Of a stretch of DNA of 64,000 nt, positions 28,563 through 39,031 are shown piece after piece. Source of the DNA: an uncultured Chloroflexia bacterium (GTDB lineage: Bacteria > Chloroflexota > Limnocylindria > Limnocylindrales > CSP1-4); the NCBI GenBank assembly GCA_963713975.1, contig OY970218.1:1536001-1600000 (forward strand). The letters are read 5' to 3'. A program made the position numbers and the translations under genes. The stretch's first letter is position 1; every line of letters starts with the position of its first letter. The notes below the pieces were generated by a model. The model was not told the DNA's origin and searched no databases. It saw only the letters and a list, made by a program, of their open reading frames with translations.

Positions 28563-30089
28563 ATGCCGACCGACTCGCGACCGCGCGGCCACTCATCGCC
28601 CGATCCCGCACGCCGTCCCGGCGACCGGGCTCGCGTCCGCCGCCTCGTCGAGCGCGACATGGCCGCACTCCGCCCGGGCGAGCAGCGCGGCTGGTGGCTC
28701 CGTGACGCCCTCGCCGCTGATCCCGGCACCCCCTGCCCGCCGCCCGCGTGGGATGCCACGGCGGACGTCGTCGTCATCGGCGGCGGCTACACCGGCCTGT
28801 GGACGGCGTGGTGGCTCACGGAGCACGACCCGGGCGCCCGCGTCACCATCCTCGAGGCGGACATCGTGGGCGGCGGTGCCAGCGGCCGCAATGGCGGGTT
28901 CCTCACGGGCTGGTGGGACAGCCTGCCCGAGCTGGTCGCCAACTACGGGGAGGAGCCGGGCCTCGCAGCGGCCCGGGCGCTGGACGACGTCGCGGGATGG
29001 ATGGCGCGGTGGGCAGACAGCACCGGCGTGGATGCGAAGCTCGTGCGGGGCGGCACCCTCGTCGTGAGCACGTCGCCCGTCCAGGATGACGCCTGGGCCG
29101 GGATCCTGGAGCTGGCCGAGCAACTGGGCGTGGAGGACCACTTCCTCGCCCGGACGCCCGAGGACGTCCGGGCCCGGTGTGCTTCCCCAGTCCTGCGCGG
29201 CGGGATGCTGGTTCCCGGTGATGCCCAGGTCCATCCGGCTCGCCTGGCCCGCGGCCTCCGTCGCGTGCTCCTGGACCGTGGCGTCGTCATCCACGAGGGC
29301 ACGCGGGTGACCGGGACCCGCCCCGATGGTGCCGGTGTCCGGGTCGAGACGGCGCTGGGCCCGGCCATCCGCGCTGGTCGCGCCGTGCTGGCCCTCAACG
29401 CCTGGGCCGCCGGCTGGAAGCGCGGCGGCTTCGGCAGCCGGATGATCACCTGGTCGTCGTACATGGCGGTGACGGAGCCGATCCCGGAGCGCCTCGAGGA
29501 GATCGGCTGGACGGGTGGCGAGGCGATCACCGACTGCCGGTTCACGAACCACTACTTCCGGACGACGCACGATGGGCGGATCGCGTTCGGTGGGGGCGGC
29601 GGCCGGGCCGGCTACGGCGGGCAGATGGGGGACTGGGTCACGGCCGACCGTGACTCGGCGGCGCTCGCGGCGCGCGGGTTCCGACGGATCTTCCCCATGC
29701 TGGACGATGTCCGGCTGGTGGATGCCTGGGGTGGCCCGATCGATATCGCTCCGAACCACCTGCCGGCGTTCGGGACGCTCGACGGCGGGCGCGTCCACTG
29801 GGGCCACGGGTACTCGGGGTCGGGCGTGGGGCCCAGCTGGCTGGGCGGCCGCATCCTGGCGGCGCTCGCCCAGGACCGGCTGGACGATCCGGTCGCGAGG
29901 CTGCCGATGGTCGGTCACCGACCGCGACGGTTCCCACCCGAGCCACTCCGGTTCCTGGGCGCACGCGTCATCAGGGAGGCGATCGTCGCCAAGGAGCAGC
30001 GCGACGACGAGGGCGGCTACGTGCCGCCGCCGCTGCGCTGGCTCGTGCGGCTGCCCCGGGTGATGGGCTACGACCTCGGCCCGGAGTAG
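28563..30089 (+). CDS. FAD-dependent oxidoreductase (DAO/PuuB family)
   Basis: IGGGYTGLW, GASGRNGG, WGGPID, GYSGSGV; alternative start 28659. Confidence 0.88.
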   Translation: MPTDSRPRGHSSPDPARRPGDRARVRRLVERDMAALRPGEQRGWWLRDALAADPGTPCPPPAWDATADVVVIGGGYTGLWTAWWLTEHDPGARVTILEADIVGGGASGRNGGFLTGWWDSLPELVANYGEEPGLAAARALDDVAGWMARWADSTGVDAKLVRGGTLVVSTSPVQDDAWAGILELAEQLGVEDHFLARTPEDVRARCASPVLRGGMLVPGDAQVHPARLARGLRRVLLDRGVVIHEGTRVTGTRPDGAGVRVETALGPAIRAGRAVLALNAWAAGWKRGGFGSRMITWSSYMAVTEPIPERLEEIGWTGGEAITDCRFTNHYFRTTHDGRIAFGGGGGRAGYGGQMGDWVTADRDSAALAARGFRRIFPMLDDVRLVDAWGGPIDIAPNHLPAFGTLDGGRVHWGHGYSGSGVGPSWLGGRILAALAQDRLDDPVARLPMVGHRPRRFPPEPLRFLGARVIREAIVAKEQRDDEGGYVPPPLRWLVRLPRVMGYDLGPE

Positions 30090-30395
30090 GGCCGGCCCCA
30101 GGTCGCGGGCCGCCGCGGGCTGTGTCCGGCGCTGTCGCGGGCCGCCGCGGGTTTCCGGGATCGTCCCGGTGAATCGGGACCTTGGACCCTCCGTGGCCTC
30201 ACCGCTTCATGGGAAGGTGGGTGCACGCGAGGCTCGCGGTCCGCAGGTACGAGCAAACCGACCGCCGGCTCCGAACTGGCCGATCACCCGATCCGGTAGA
30301 CCTTCGCGGCACCGGAGACCGGGACCACCGGCCGACCTGGAGCACTGGCAGGACCGCGAGCCCGCTGTTTCATGTCCGGGACTGGGTCGCTCGAT

Positions 30396-30421
30396 GGAAC
30401 CCGTTGTCGCGTCGGCGCGTC
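30396..30421 (+). promoter_or_regulatory. ECF sigma factor promoter-like motif
   Basis: GGAAC-N17-CGTC ending 8 nt before ATG 30430, no SD. Confidence 0.6.
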
Positions 30422-30429
30422 AGCGGCCA

Positions 30430-31170
30430 ATGCGAACCCTGCGCCTGAAGCGAACCCTGAGACCTGCCGGCCCCTTGGTGCTCGCCGTCATCGCGCTGCT
30501 CTTCGCCGCCTGCTCGGGCGCTGGTTCGACACCGGCACCCAGCGTCGGGACAGTCGAGTCACCGGACGCGGCGATGGCCGCCGTGCGGGCCCGGTCGCCG
30601 CTGTTCGACGGGATCGGGCGACGAAACCCGGACCTCATCGGCCAGGGCTCGTGGTGGGAGGCAGAGCGGCTGGACGCGGGATCGCCACTTTCCGACTGGC
30701 GCGTGACCGTCGAGGTGGGCTGGGGCGACTGCCCGGCAGGCTGCATCGACCGGCACATCTGGACCTGGGACGTGGCCCCGGGTGGCGATCTCGTCTTCGT
30801 CGCCGAGGAAGGCTCGCCACTGACCGAGGACATGCTGACCGAGCTCCACGCGGCGTCAACCTCGACCGGCGTGGGCGGGCGGGCGACCGGGGGCCCCACC
30901 TGCCCCGTGGAGCGGCCCGGCGATCCGGCCTGCGCGCCGCGCATGGTCGCTGGGGCGGTGCTCACAATCCGCGACGTCACCGGAGCCGAGGCCGCTCGCT
31001 TCACTTCGGACGGCTCGGGCCTGTACCGGATCGTCCTGGCCCCCGGCGACTACACCCTGGAGGCGAGCCCGGTCGAGGGGTTCATGGGCACGCCGGGTCC
31101 CGCGCCACTCACCGTCGCCGCTGGCGCCGAGACCTGGCTGGACGTCCCCTACGACACCGGCATCCGCTGA
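30430..31170 (+). CDS. Hypothetical lipoprotein with Cys pairs and C-terminal carboxypeptidase-regulatory-like beta domain
   Basis: Lipobox FAAC; GWGDCPAGC; GPTCPVE..PAC; SDGSGLYRIVLAPGDYTL. Confidence 0.7.
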   Translation: MRTLRLKRTLRPAGPLVLAVIALLFAACSGAGSTPAPSVGTVESPDAAMAAVRARSPLFDGIGRRNPDLIGQGSWWEAERLDAGSPLSDWRVTVEVGWGDCPAGCIDRHIWTWDVAPGGDLVFVAEEGSPLTEDMLTELHAASTSTGVGGRATGGPTCPVERPGDPACAPRMVAGAVLTIRDVTGAEAARFTSDGSGLYRIVLAPGDYTLEASPVEGFMGTPGPAPLTVAAGAETWLDVPYDTGIR

Positions 31171-31267
31171 GCCCCGGTGAGTTCGTGAGCCGCACCCCGT
31201 AGGCGCCGAAGGGGCTTGGTGAGACGACCCCACACGTGCCCGCCGCCTGCTGGGCGGTTCGGGCTGC

Positions 31268-32722
31268 TCAGGACTCCTCGGGCGCCTCCGCCGGGAGCCT
31301 GATCGTGAAGGTCGCGCCGCGACCGAAGCGAGCCGGTTCCAGCACCAGGTCGCCGCCCATCGCCCGGCACAGCTCCCGCGACATGTAGAGCCCGATGCCG
31401 GATCCCTCGCCGGCCGGTCGGCCGGTACCGCGCTCGAAGCGGCCGAACAGCCGGCCGCGATCCGCTTCCGTCACCCCGGGCCCGCGATCGGCAATGGCGA
31501 TCGTCATCTCGCCGGCATCCGGATCGAGGCCCACGGCCACGCTCACCGGGGTCCGGCCTCCGTAGCTCACGGCGTTGTCCAGGATGGCCCACAGGACCTG
31601 GTCCAGCTGGTCCGGGTCGCCCAGGGCGAGCCACCCCGCGGACCGGTCCTCCAGCGTGAAGGTGATGTCCACGGCCCCGAGGGCCTCCCACGTGCGCCGC
31701 ACCCGCGGCACGGCCGCGAAGACCTCGAGGCGCGAGCGCAGGGCCCCGGACTCGAGCCGGCTGACGGTCAGCAGCTGGCGGACCATGCGCGACAGGCGGT
31801 CCGCCTGCTCGATCATGATGTCGAGACGCCGGTCCGCCCGCTCGGCCGCCAGCTGCTGGGCATAGCCCCGGATGCTGGCGAGGGGGGTCTGCAGGTTGTG
31901 CGAGACGCCGCGCAGGAAGTCGTCCTTCGCCTGATCCAGGTTCACCAGTCGGCGGTTCTGCGCCTCCACCCGGGCGTAGAGCTCGGCATTGCGCATGGCC
32001 GCGGCGACCTCGATCGCGAACAGGTCAAGCAGGTCCTGGTCCGCACGCTCCCAGCGCCGGGTGGCCGACAGGTGGCCCGTGAGCACACCGAGCGTCGTGC
32101 CGGAAACGGCCAGGGCGGCCCGCACCGGGACGGGCTCACCGGGCACGACCTCCTCGAGCGGGACCTCGCGCGGATCGGTGAGGAGGACCTCGCAGTCGAT
32201 CATGTCGAAAGCCGCCGTCGCCTGCGTGGCGGCGCGTTGGGCGATGGCGGCAGGCGGCTCGTCCAGGGTGATGGACTCGAGCGCGTCGAGGAGGTGACGC
32301 AGCTCCCGAATCCGGCGCATACGGTCGCGGGCCAGGCGGTTGTGGCTCTCGGCCAGACGGCTGATCTCGTCGTCGCCGGGCAGCTCCAGGTCGAGCGTCT
32401 CGCCGCCCGCGGAGACCTGGTCGACGGTCCGGGTGAGGGCACGGAGCGACGCGCCGAGGCTCGCCGCGAGCACCCAGGCTAGCACGACGGCGAAGGCGAC
32501 CGAGAGGGCGACCGCCAGCAGCAGGACCCGGGCGACGGTCGTGTCGGCTTCACGGTCGACGCTCGTGACTGCCAGCACGACGAGCCCGAAGATCACGATC
32601 GGGAGCACCGCCGCCGTGATGAGGCCGACCGTCAGGCGCGTCCGGAACCCGAGCCTCGAGCTCCGGTAGCCGGGATGGTCGAGGGCCGGATCGTGGGCCG
32701 AACCGGGCCCGGGCGTTGTCAC
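31268..32722 (-). CDS. Sensor histidine kinase (TM-HAMP-GAF-HisKA-HATPase)
   Basis: H-box SHNLQTPL, N-box LDNAVSY, DRGPG, GSGIGL; GTG overlapping regulator stop. Confidence 0.9.
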   Translation of the reverse strand: MTTPGPGSAHDPALDHPGYRSSRLGFRTRLTVGLITAAVLPIVIFGLVVLAVTSVDREADTTVARVLLLAVALSVAFAVVLAWVLAASLGASLRALTRTVDQVSAGGETLDLELPGDDEISRLAESHNRLARDRMRRIRELRHLLDALESITLDEPPAAIAQRAATQATAAFDMIDCEVLLTDPREVPLEEVVPGEPVPVRAALAVSGTTLGVLTGHLSATRRWERADQDLLDLFAIEVAAAMRNAELYARVEAQNRRLVNLDQAKDDFLRGVSHNLQTPLASIRGYAQQLAAERADRRLDIMIEQADRLSRMVRQLLTVSRLESGALRSRLEVFAAVPRVRRTWEALGAVDITFTLEDRSAGWLALGDPDQLDQVLWAILDNAVSYGGRTPVSVAVGLDPDAGEMTIAIADRGPGVTEADRGRLFGRFERGTGRPAGEGSGIGLYMSRELCRAMGGDLVLEPARFGRGATFTIRLPAEAPEES

Positions 32723-33450
32723 GGGGGCGGCGTGGTGGCAGACACCAGGCGGTACCCGATGCCCCGGACCGTGAGGATGTGGGCCGGGTGGGCCGGGTCG
32801 ACCTCCACCTTCTGGCGCAGGCGGCGCATCGTCACCCAGACGTAGCTCGGATCGGCGTCCTCTGTGTCCGCCCATCCGCGGACCAGCAGTGTCTCGGTCG
32901 TGACGGTCTGGCCGAGGTTCGCGGCGAGTGCGTACAGCAGCCGTGACTCGGTGGGCGTGAGGGACACGACCTTCCCGTCCACCTCGGCCTCGCGGCGGTG
33001 GAGCTCCAGAGCCAGCTTCGGCCCCAGCTCCAGGCGCTGGCGCGGCACGCGGTCGCCCAGGCGGCGCAGCACGCGCTGGATCCGCGCGCGCAGCTCGGGG
33101 TAGTGGTAGGGCTTGGTCACGTAGTCCTCGGCCACCTCGTCGAGCAGGTCCGCCTTGGAGTCTGCCGTGTCGATGGCGGACAGGACGATGATCGGGAGAT
33201 CGGCCCGGGCCTTGACCTCGCGGGCAAGCGTGAGGCCGTCCATGCGTGGCATCAGCATGTCGATGACGAGGAGGTCAGGCCAGGACTGGTTCAGGCGGCG
33301 CAGGGCCTCGTCCCCGTCGCGCGCGGTCTGGACGTCATAGCCGTCGGCCCGGAGCTGCTCGGCGAGGATCACGAGCAGGTTCGGGTCGTCGTCCACGATG
33401 AGGATCCGCGGCGTGGTGACGCCGTACGGGCCGGGACCGCCGTGAAGCAT
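32719..33450 (-). CDS. OmpR-family response regulator
   Basis: ILIVDDD, DMLMPRMDG, DYVTKPY, LTPTE, TVRGIGY; TATGAT 6 nt upstream of ATG. Confidence 0.92.
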   Translation of the reverse strand: MLHGGPGPYGVTTPRILIVDDDPNLLVILAEQLRADGYDVQTARDGDEALRRLNQSWPDLLVIDMLMPRMDGLTLAREVKARADLPIIVLSAIDTADSKADLLDEVAEDYVTKPYHYPELRARIQRVLRRLGDRVPRQRLELGPKLALELHRREAEVDGKVVSLTPTESRLLYALAANLGQTVTTETLLVRGWADTEDADPSYVWVTMRRLRQKVEVDPAHPAHILTVRGIGYRLVSATTPPP

Positions 33451-33512
33451 GCGTGGATCATACGTGGGCGGCAGCGGGCTTCGCGGATCCGGCGCCGATA
33501 CACTTGCCCGCG

Positions 33513-35231
33513 ATGTCGGACCTGCCCATCCGCCCGTACGAGCGCCTGCCCGCCGCCTTCCACCCATGGGATCCACGCGCCGTCGAGGTGGCCGGCGAGA
33601 TCGGCCGGCTGATCGCGTCGGTGCACCCCGGCGTGGTGGTGGAGCACGTAGGGAGCTCCGCGGTCCCGGGCCTTCCCGGCAAGAACGTGGTGGACCTGGG
33701 GATCGAGACGCCCCCGGGCGAGATCCCATCGCTGGTCGATGCGCTGCTGTCCCTGGGCTTCGGGCGCCAGCCGGGCATCGCACCGTTTCCGCCTACCCGG
33801 CCGATGCTGGTCGGCACGGTCGACCGGGATGGCACCCCGTACCGCATCCACTGCCATGTGATCCCGCCCGCACGCGGCGAGCTGCGAGAGCTGGTTGCCT
33901 TCCGCGACGCCCTGCGCACGGACGACGGCCTGTGCGACGCCTATGCGGCCGCCAAGGAGCGGATTGTCGCCGGCGCCCCGGACGGCGACGAGAACCAGCT
34001 GTACACGCTTCGCAAGGGCGACTTCGTCCAGGACGCGCTGTACCGCCTGGGCATTCGCCGCGGTCCCGCAGACGCTCCCGAACCGCTGCCGCCGGGCTCC
34101 ACCATTGGCGTCATGGGCGGCGGGCAGCTGGGCCGCATGCTGGGGTTCGCGGCCCGCGCCATGGGCTACCGGCTGGTGGCCCTGGATCCGGATCCTGCCT
34201 GCCCGACGGCCGCGGTCGCCGACGAGATCGTGGTGGGCCGCTACGACGACGTGAATGCCGCCCGTCGCCTGGCCGCCATGAGCGACGTGGTGACCTACGA
34301 GCTGGAGCACGTGGGCATCGAGGCTGCCGCCGCAGCGGGCGAGATCGCCCCCCTGCGCCCGGGTCTCGCCGCGCTGCGAGCCACGCAGGACCGTCTCGCG
34401 GAGCGCCGGTTCATCCGCGAGATCGGCGAGTACACGGCCCCGTGGCGCGAGGTCGCCGGCTTGGACGAGGCCGCGGCCGGAGCCCAGGCACTCGGCTATC
34501 CGGTCCGGCTGAAGCTCCCCCTGGGCGGGTACGACGGCCGCAGCCAGGTCCGGGTCACGTCGGGTGACGAGATCGCTGCGGCGGTCGCGGCCCTGGACGG
34601 AACGGACGGACGGCCGCTGCTCCTGGAGAAGGAGATCGACTTTCAAGCGGAGCTGTCCGTTGTCTGCGCCCGCGACCGCACCGGGAGGACGCTGGCGTAC
34701 CCGGTCTCGCGCAACGTGCACGATGCCGGGATCCTGGTCGAGTCGGTGGCTCCCGCACCGATCCATCCACTGGTCGCCAACGACGCTCGGGAGATCGCCG
34801 ACAGCATCGCGCGCCGCCTGGACCTCGTGGGAGTGTTGACCGTGGAGCTGTTCCAGCTCCGAGGCGGCGGGCTGATGATCAACGAGCTGGCCCCGCGAGT
34901 ACACAACTCGGGCCACTGGTCCATCGACGGCGCATCCACGTCCCAGTTCGAGCAGCACATGCGGGCCATCCTTGGGTTGCCGCTCGGGTCGGTGATGCCC
35001 AGCGGGACGGCGGCCATGGTCAACCTCCTGGGCACCGGCCCGGATCGGCCGGCGAGGCTCGCCGGGATGGCGTCCGCGCTCGCGGACCCGGGAGCCCATG
35101 TCCACGTCTACGGCAAGCGCCGGGTGTTCGAGCGGCGCAAGATGGGCCACGTCACGGTGGTCGGCCACGATGGCGACGCTGTGCTCGAGCGAGCCCGTGC
35201 CGCGCGGGCGGCATTGAGCTGGGAGGCGTGA
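33513..35231 (+). CDS. purK: GrpB-domain / N5-CAIR synthetase (PurK) fusion
   Basis: N-term [29 protein letters not shown] (GrpB); then [42 protein letters not shown]. Confidence 0.9.
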   Translation: MSDLPIRPYERLPAAFHPWDPRAVEVAGEIGRLIASVHPGVVVEHVGSSAVPGLPGKNVVDLGIETPPGEIPSLVDALLSLGFGRQPGIAPFPPTRPMLVGTVDRDGTPYRIHCHVIPPARGELRELVAFRDALRTDDGLCDAYAAAKERIVAGAPDGDENQLYTLRKGDFVQDALYRLGIRRGPADAPEPLPPGSTIGVMGGGQLGRMLGFAARAMGYRLVALDPDPACPTAAVADEIVVGRYDDVNAARRLAAMSDVVTYELEHVGIEAAAAAGEIAPLRPGLAALRATQDRLAERRFIREIGEYTAPWREVAGLDEAAAGAQALGYPVRLKLPLGGYDGRSQVRVTSGDEIAAAVAALDGTDGRPLLLEKEIDFQAELSVVCARDRTGRTLAYPVSRNVHDAGILVESVAPAPIHPLVANDAREIADSIARRLDLVGVLTVELFQLRGGGLMINELAPRVHNSGHWSIDGASTSQFEQHMRAILGLPLGSVMPSGTAAMVNLLGTGPDRPARLAGMASALADPGAHVHVYGKRRVFERRKMGHVTVVGHDGDAVLERARAARAALSWEA

Positions 35232-35758
35232 GCAGGGTGGGCGAGTCGAAGGCCGGAACGAGAGCCGGTCCGCAGGTCGGGATCGTGGGCGGCAGCCGCT
35301 CCGATTTCCCGGTGCTGGAGAAGGCGGTGGCGGTCCTGGAGCGCCTGAGCGTCCCGTGCGAGCTGCGGGTCGTCTCGGCGCATCGCACCCCGGACCACCT
35401 GTTCCGCTACGCGGAGACGGCCCGCGACCGCGGGATCAGGGTGATCGTCGCCGGTGCCGGTGGCGCGGCGCACCTGCCCGGGATGCTCGCCGCCAAGACG
35501 AGCCTGCCGGTGATCGGCGTGCCGATCCCCACCCAGCACCTGGGCGGTCTCGACTCCCTCCTGTCCATCGTCCAGATGCCGCGCGGGATCCCGGTGGCCA
35601 CGGTCGCCATCGGCAATGCCGACAACGCCGCCCTCCTCGCCGCCGCCATCCTGGCCCTTTGCGACCCCGCCCTGGCCGAGCGCCTGGACGCCTACCGGGC
35701 GGAGCAGACCGAGTCCGTCATGGGCGACCCGTCCAACCAGGATCCGCTGCCCGGCTGA
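35228..35758 (+). CDS. purE: N5-CAIR mutase
   Basis: [37 protein letters not shown]. Confidence 0.96.
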   Translation: MSRVGESKAGTRAGPQVGIVGGSRSDFPVLEKAVAVLERLSVPCELRVVSAHRTPDHLFRYAETARDRGIRVIVAGAGGAAHLPGMLAAKTSLPVIGVPIPTQHLGGLDSLLSIVQMPRGIPVATVAIGNADNAALLAAAILALCDPALAERLDAYRAEQTESVMGDPSNQDPLPG

Positions 35759-35794
35759 GGTCATCCGGCCGTACCCCGGTTAGACTCGGACTCG

Positions 35795-36265
35795 ATGGAT
35801 GACGAGCGCTGGGAGCCGGGCATGCCCGTGCTGGACCGCCAGGCGGTACCGGCAGGTCCGGCGATGGCAACCGGTCCAGCGGTGCCGGCGGCCTCGCGCG
35901 ACGCTCACCTGCCGCCCAGCCTCCGTGGCCTTCCGCCGCGCAGCGTCCCGGAGACCGCGCCAACGCCCCTCCAGAAGCACTTCGTCATGCTCTCGGCGCC
36001 GGCCCTGGTCCTCGGCGCGATCGCGATCACGGCGCTCGAGCTCGGCGCCGGGTTCGACAGCCCGCTCGTCAAGGTGTGCGTGCTGATTGCCGCGCCACTC
36101 CTGCTGGTGACCACGGCGGACGCCACGTTGCGCATCTGGCGCTCCGCGTGGGCGTGGATGCCCGTGGATCGCGGGCGTGCGCTGTTCCGGCTCGCCTGGC
36201 TGATCCCCGCGGCCGTGTTCATGGTGCTGATCGTCGGGGCGACCCTGTTGGTACTGGGGGCCTGA
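35795..36265 (+). CDS. Hypothetical membrane protein (3 TM)
   Basis: Hydrophobic segments; TAGACT 8 nt upstream; abuts Nudix gene. Confidence 0.65.
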   Translation: MDDERWEPGMPVLDRQAVPAGPAMATGPAVPAASRDAHLPPSLRGLPPRSVPETAPTPLQKHFVMLSAPALVLGAIAITALELGAGFDSPLVKVCVLIAAPLLLVTTADATLRIWRSAWAWMPVDRGRALFRLAWLIPAAVFMVLIVGATLLVLGA

Positions 36266-36266
36266 C

Positions 36267-36929
36267 ATGATGGAACGGCGCCTCGAGGAGCACGAGCTTC
36301 GCCAGCTAGCGGCGATGGGCCGCGGGCGGGATGCCCGGTCCACCGACGTGGAGTCGGGCCGAGGGGCACCACGCTGGGTGCTCAGCTCGCTCAACTTCTG
36401 CGCCAACTGCGGGGTCGAGCTGCGGCTCGGCGTGCCGCCCATGGAACACCGCGAGCGGCTCGCCTGTCCCGACTGCGGACACGTGGCCTATGTCAACCCG
36501 CGTCTCGTCGTCACCGTCATCCCGGTCACCGACGCGGGCGAGGCCGTGCTGATCCGGCGTGGGATCGAGCCGGGCGCGGGCTTCTGGGCTCAGCCTGGCG
36601 GGTTCCTCGAGGTGGACGAGACGCTCGCCGAGGGTGCGGTCCGCGAGACGCTGGAGGAGACGGGCCTGCTGGTCGAACCCGGGGAGATCGTGGGGCTGTA
36701 CACGAGGCTCGAGGCCGCGGTGGTGACGCTCGTCTTCGAGGGCCGGATTGTTGGCGGCGCGGCGCGGACGACGCCGGAGGCCCTGGAGGTTCGCGCGTTC
36801 GCCGCCGCCGCCATCCCGTGGGACGAGGTGGCGTTCAATACGACCTTCTTCGCGCTCCGCGACTGGGTGGAGTCGCGCCATCCGGCCGTGGCTTTGCCGT
36901 CAACGTTCGGAGGGCACGAGCTCCCGTAG
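36267..36929 (+). CDS. Nudix hydrolase with N-terminal zinc ribbon
   Basis: CANCG..CPDCG; GGFLEVDETLAEGAVRETLEETG. Confidence 0.92.
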   Translation: MMERRLEEHELRQLAAMGRGRDARSTDVESGRGAPRWVLSSLNFCANCGVELRLGVPPMEHRERLACPDCGHVAYVNPRLVVTVIPVTDAGEAVLIRRGIEPGAGFWAQPGGFLEVDETLAEGAVRETLEETGLLVEPGEIVGLYTRLEAAVVTLVFEGRIVGGAARTTPEALEVRAFAAAAIPWDEVAFNTTFFALRDWVESRHPAVALPSTFGGHELP

Positions 36930-36951
36930 CCGTCGCGCTCGCGGCCGACTT

Positions 36952-37013
36952 CCGGTCCGGTCCCCACCCGGTCCCGTGCCGCCCGGTCCGGCCCCCACCC
37001 GGTCCCGTGCCGC
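36952..37013 (+). repeat. Tandem 31-bp duplication
   Basis: CCGGTCCGG(T/C)CCCCACCCGGTCCCGTGCCGC twice, one mismatch. Confidence 0.85.
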
Positions 37014-37203
37014 GCAGCGGTTGAACGGTCGGGTGCCCGCCGGTTTGCGCCGCTGGCCGGCACGTCTGTCGGGCCGGAAGACGATTGCAGCCAACAGATG
37101 TGCCGCTGAGCGAGTGGAACCGTCCGCTACCCGATGGTTGAACCGCTGGGAGGCGCAGACAGGGTCATGTGCAGCAGAGGCGCCGCGCCTACCCGCTGAG
37201 TTC

Positions 37204-38973
37204 TCAGCGACCGCCCTCAGGGGGCTCGCCGTAGGCGCGACGCCGCAGGCCCGTGGTGATGGCGGTCTGCTCGGGGCCCGACACCCCCATCCGGGAGAGA
37301 GACGCGCGCGCCAGTTCCAGGGCGGCCTCCACCTCCGGGTCGGCCAGGCGCGAGGCCCCAAGCTTCCGCATCCGCGAGATCTCGGTCCGCCCGCGGGCCC
37401 GTGCGACCACGGTGAGGCGGGGATTGATCTCGCGGGCACGCTCGAGCGCGAGCTCTGCGGTCATGGGATCGCCGATCGCCATGACGAGCAGGCGGGCCCG
37501 ATCCAACCCTGCCCGATGGAGGATGGCCCGCCCCGCCGCATCGCCGAAGAGCGTCGCCGCTCCCAGCTCCGCGAGCTCGTCCAGGACTCGCTGGTCCCGG
37601 TCCACCACGACGCAGCGGAATCCCCGGGCACGCATCGCGCGCACCACCACGCGGCCGACCCGGCCCCCGCCCAGGATGACCACCGAGGCCCGGCCTTCAT
37701 CGTCCGCCATGGCAACCTCGCCGCGGATCACCGGTGCGTGCCCCGGGACCGGCGGATCGGTGGCGGCGCGCCGGTGCTCGATGCGGCCGACGAGGCCGGC
37801 CGCGCCGCGGACGAGGGCCGGCGTCAGGACGATGCTCGCGACGGCGGTTGCCAGGACGAGGTTGTAGGCCCGCGCATCGAGCAGATCCAGGCTGAGCGCC
37901 TCCGCGGCGAGCAGGAAGCTGAACTCGCCGACCTGGCTGATCGTGGCGCCCAGCAGGATCGCGCTGCGCAGCGGCAGGCCGAGGAGCCGCCCGATCACGG
38001 CGCTGGCTGCCCCCTTGACCACGGTCGCCACGAGCAGCAGGGCGATCAGGGCGGGCCAGTCCTGGAGCAGCGCCGATGGATCCACGAGCATGCCGATCGA
38101 CACGAAGAACAGGACGGCGAACAGGTCCCGGAAGGGGGTGATCTCGCCGGCCGCCTGGTGGGCCAGGTCGGACTCAGAGACGATGAGTCCGGCCACGAAG
38201 GCGCCCAGTGCCAGCGAGAGCCCGAACACGGCGCTCGAGAGGAACGCCGCCAGCAGCGCGGTGGCGAACACGGACAGCAGGAACAGCTCCGGCGATCCAA
38301 GGCGGGTCACGGTCCGGAACAGCCACGGCAGGAGGCGGGTGCCGACGACGTAGGCCAGGGCCAGGAACGCCGCCGTCCGTAGCAACGCGAACAGCAGCGG
38401 CGCCGCGAGGTCGCCCCCGGCGAGCGGTTCCAGCATGGCGATCAGGAGGATCGTGGCCAGGTCCTGGACCACCATCCAGCCGATGGCGTTGCGTCCATGG
38501 AGGCTGTCCAGCTCGCCGCGCTCCACCAGGATCTTGAGCACGACCAGGGTGGAGGAGATCGCGATGGCCGACCCGATGACCACGGAGGTCACGACCGGGA
38601 AGCCGAGCAGGACACTCACGACGGCGCCCACGGCGGCCGTGATCAGGATCTGGAGGATGGCCCCGGGAACCACCACGCGACGGACCCTCGCGAGCTCCCG
38701 TAGCGAGAACTCAACGCCGAGGGCGAACAGGAGCAGCACGACGCCCAGCTCGGCAAGATGCCCGATGTCCTCGGCATCGCCGACGAACCCTGGGGTGAAG
38801 GGACCGATGACGATCCCGGCCGCCAGGTAGCCGACGATGGGCGGCTGCCCGAGGCGCACCGCGATGACCCCGCCCACGAGCGCGAGCGCGACGGCAACAC
38901 CGAGATCGAGGATGAACCTCAGCTCGGGTGTGAGCGCCAGGGTGAGTTCAGGAAGATTCAGCACCGCAGCCAT
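37204..38973 (-). CDS. CPA2 cation:proton antiporter with TrkA-N domain (YbaL-like)
   Basis: [48 protein letters not shown]; GTG 38964 is an alternative start. Confidence 0.9.
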   Translation of the reverse strand: MAAVLNLPELTLALTPELRFILDLGVAVALALVGGVIAVRLGQPPIVGYLAAGIVIGPFTPGFVGDAEDIGHLAELGVVLLLFALGVEFSLRELARVRRVVVPGAILQILITAAVGAVVSVLLGFPVVTSVVIGSAIAISSTLVVLKILVERGELDSLHGRNAIGWMVVQDLATILLIAMLEPLAGGDLAAPLLFALLRTAAFLALAYVVGTRLLPWLFRTVTRLGSPELFLLSVFATALLAAFLSSAVFGLSLALGAFVAGLIVSESDLAHQAAGEITPFRDLFAVLFFVSIGMLVDPSALLQDWPALIALLLVATVVKGAASAVIGRLLGLPLRSAILLGATISQVGEFSFLLAAEALSLDLLDARAYNLVLATAVASIVLTPALVRGAAGLVGRIEHRRAATDPPVPGHAPVIRGEVAMADDEGRASVVILGGGRVGRVVVRAMRARGFRCVVVDRDQRVLDELAELGAATLFGDAAGRAILHRAGLDRARLLVMAIGDPMTAELALERAREINPRLTVVARARGRTEISRMRKLGASRLADPEVEAALELARASLSRMGVSGPEQTAITTGLRRRAYGEPPEGGR

Positions 38974-39031
38974 TATCCCGTGCCGCCAGGGCGGCCCGTG
39001 GCGCGCCCGGACGTGCCCGCGGTCGCGGTCC

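Noticed and set aside
36952-37013. 31-bp repeats as a CRISPR mini-array
   Set aside because: Directly adjacent copies with no spacer and no cas genes
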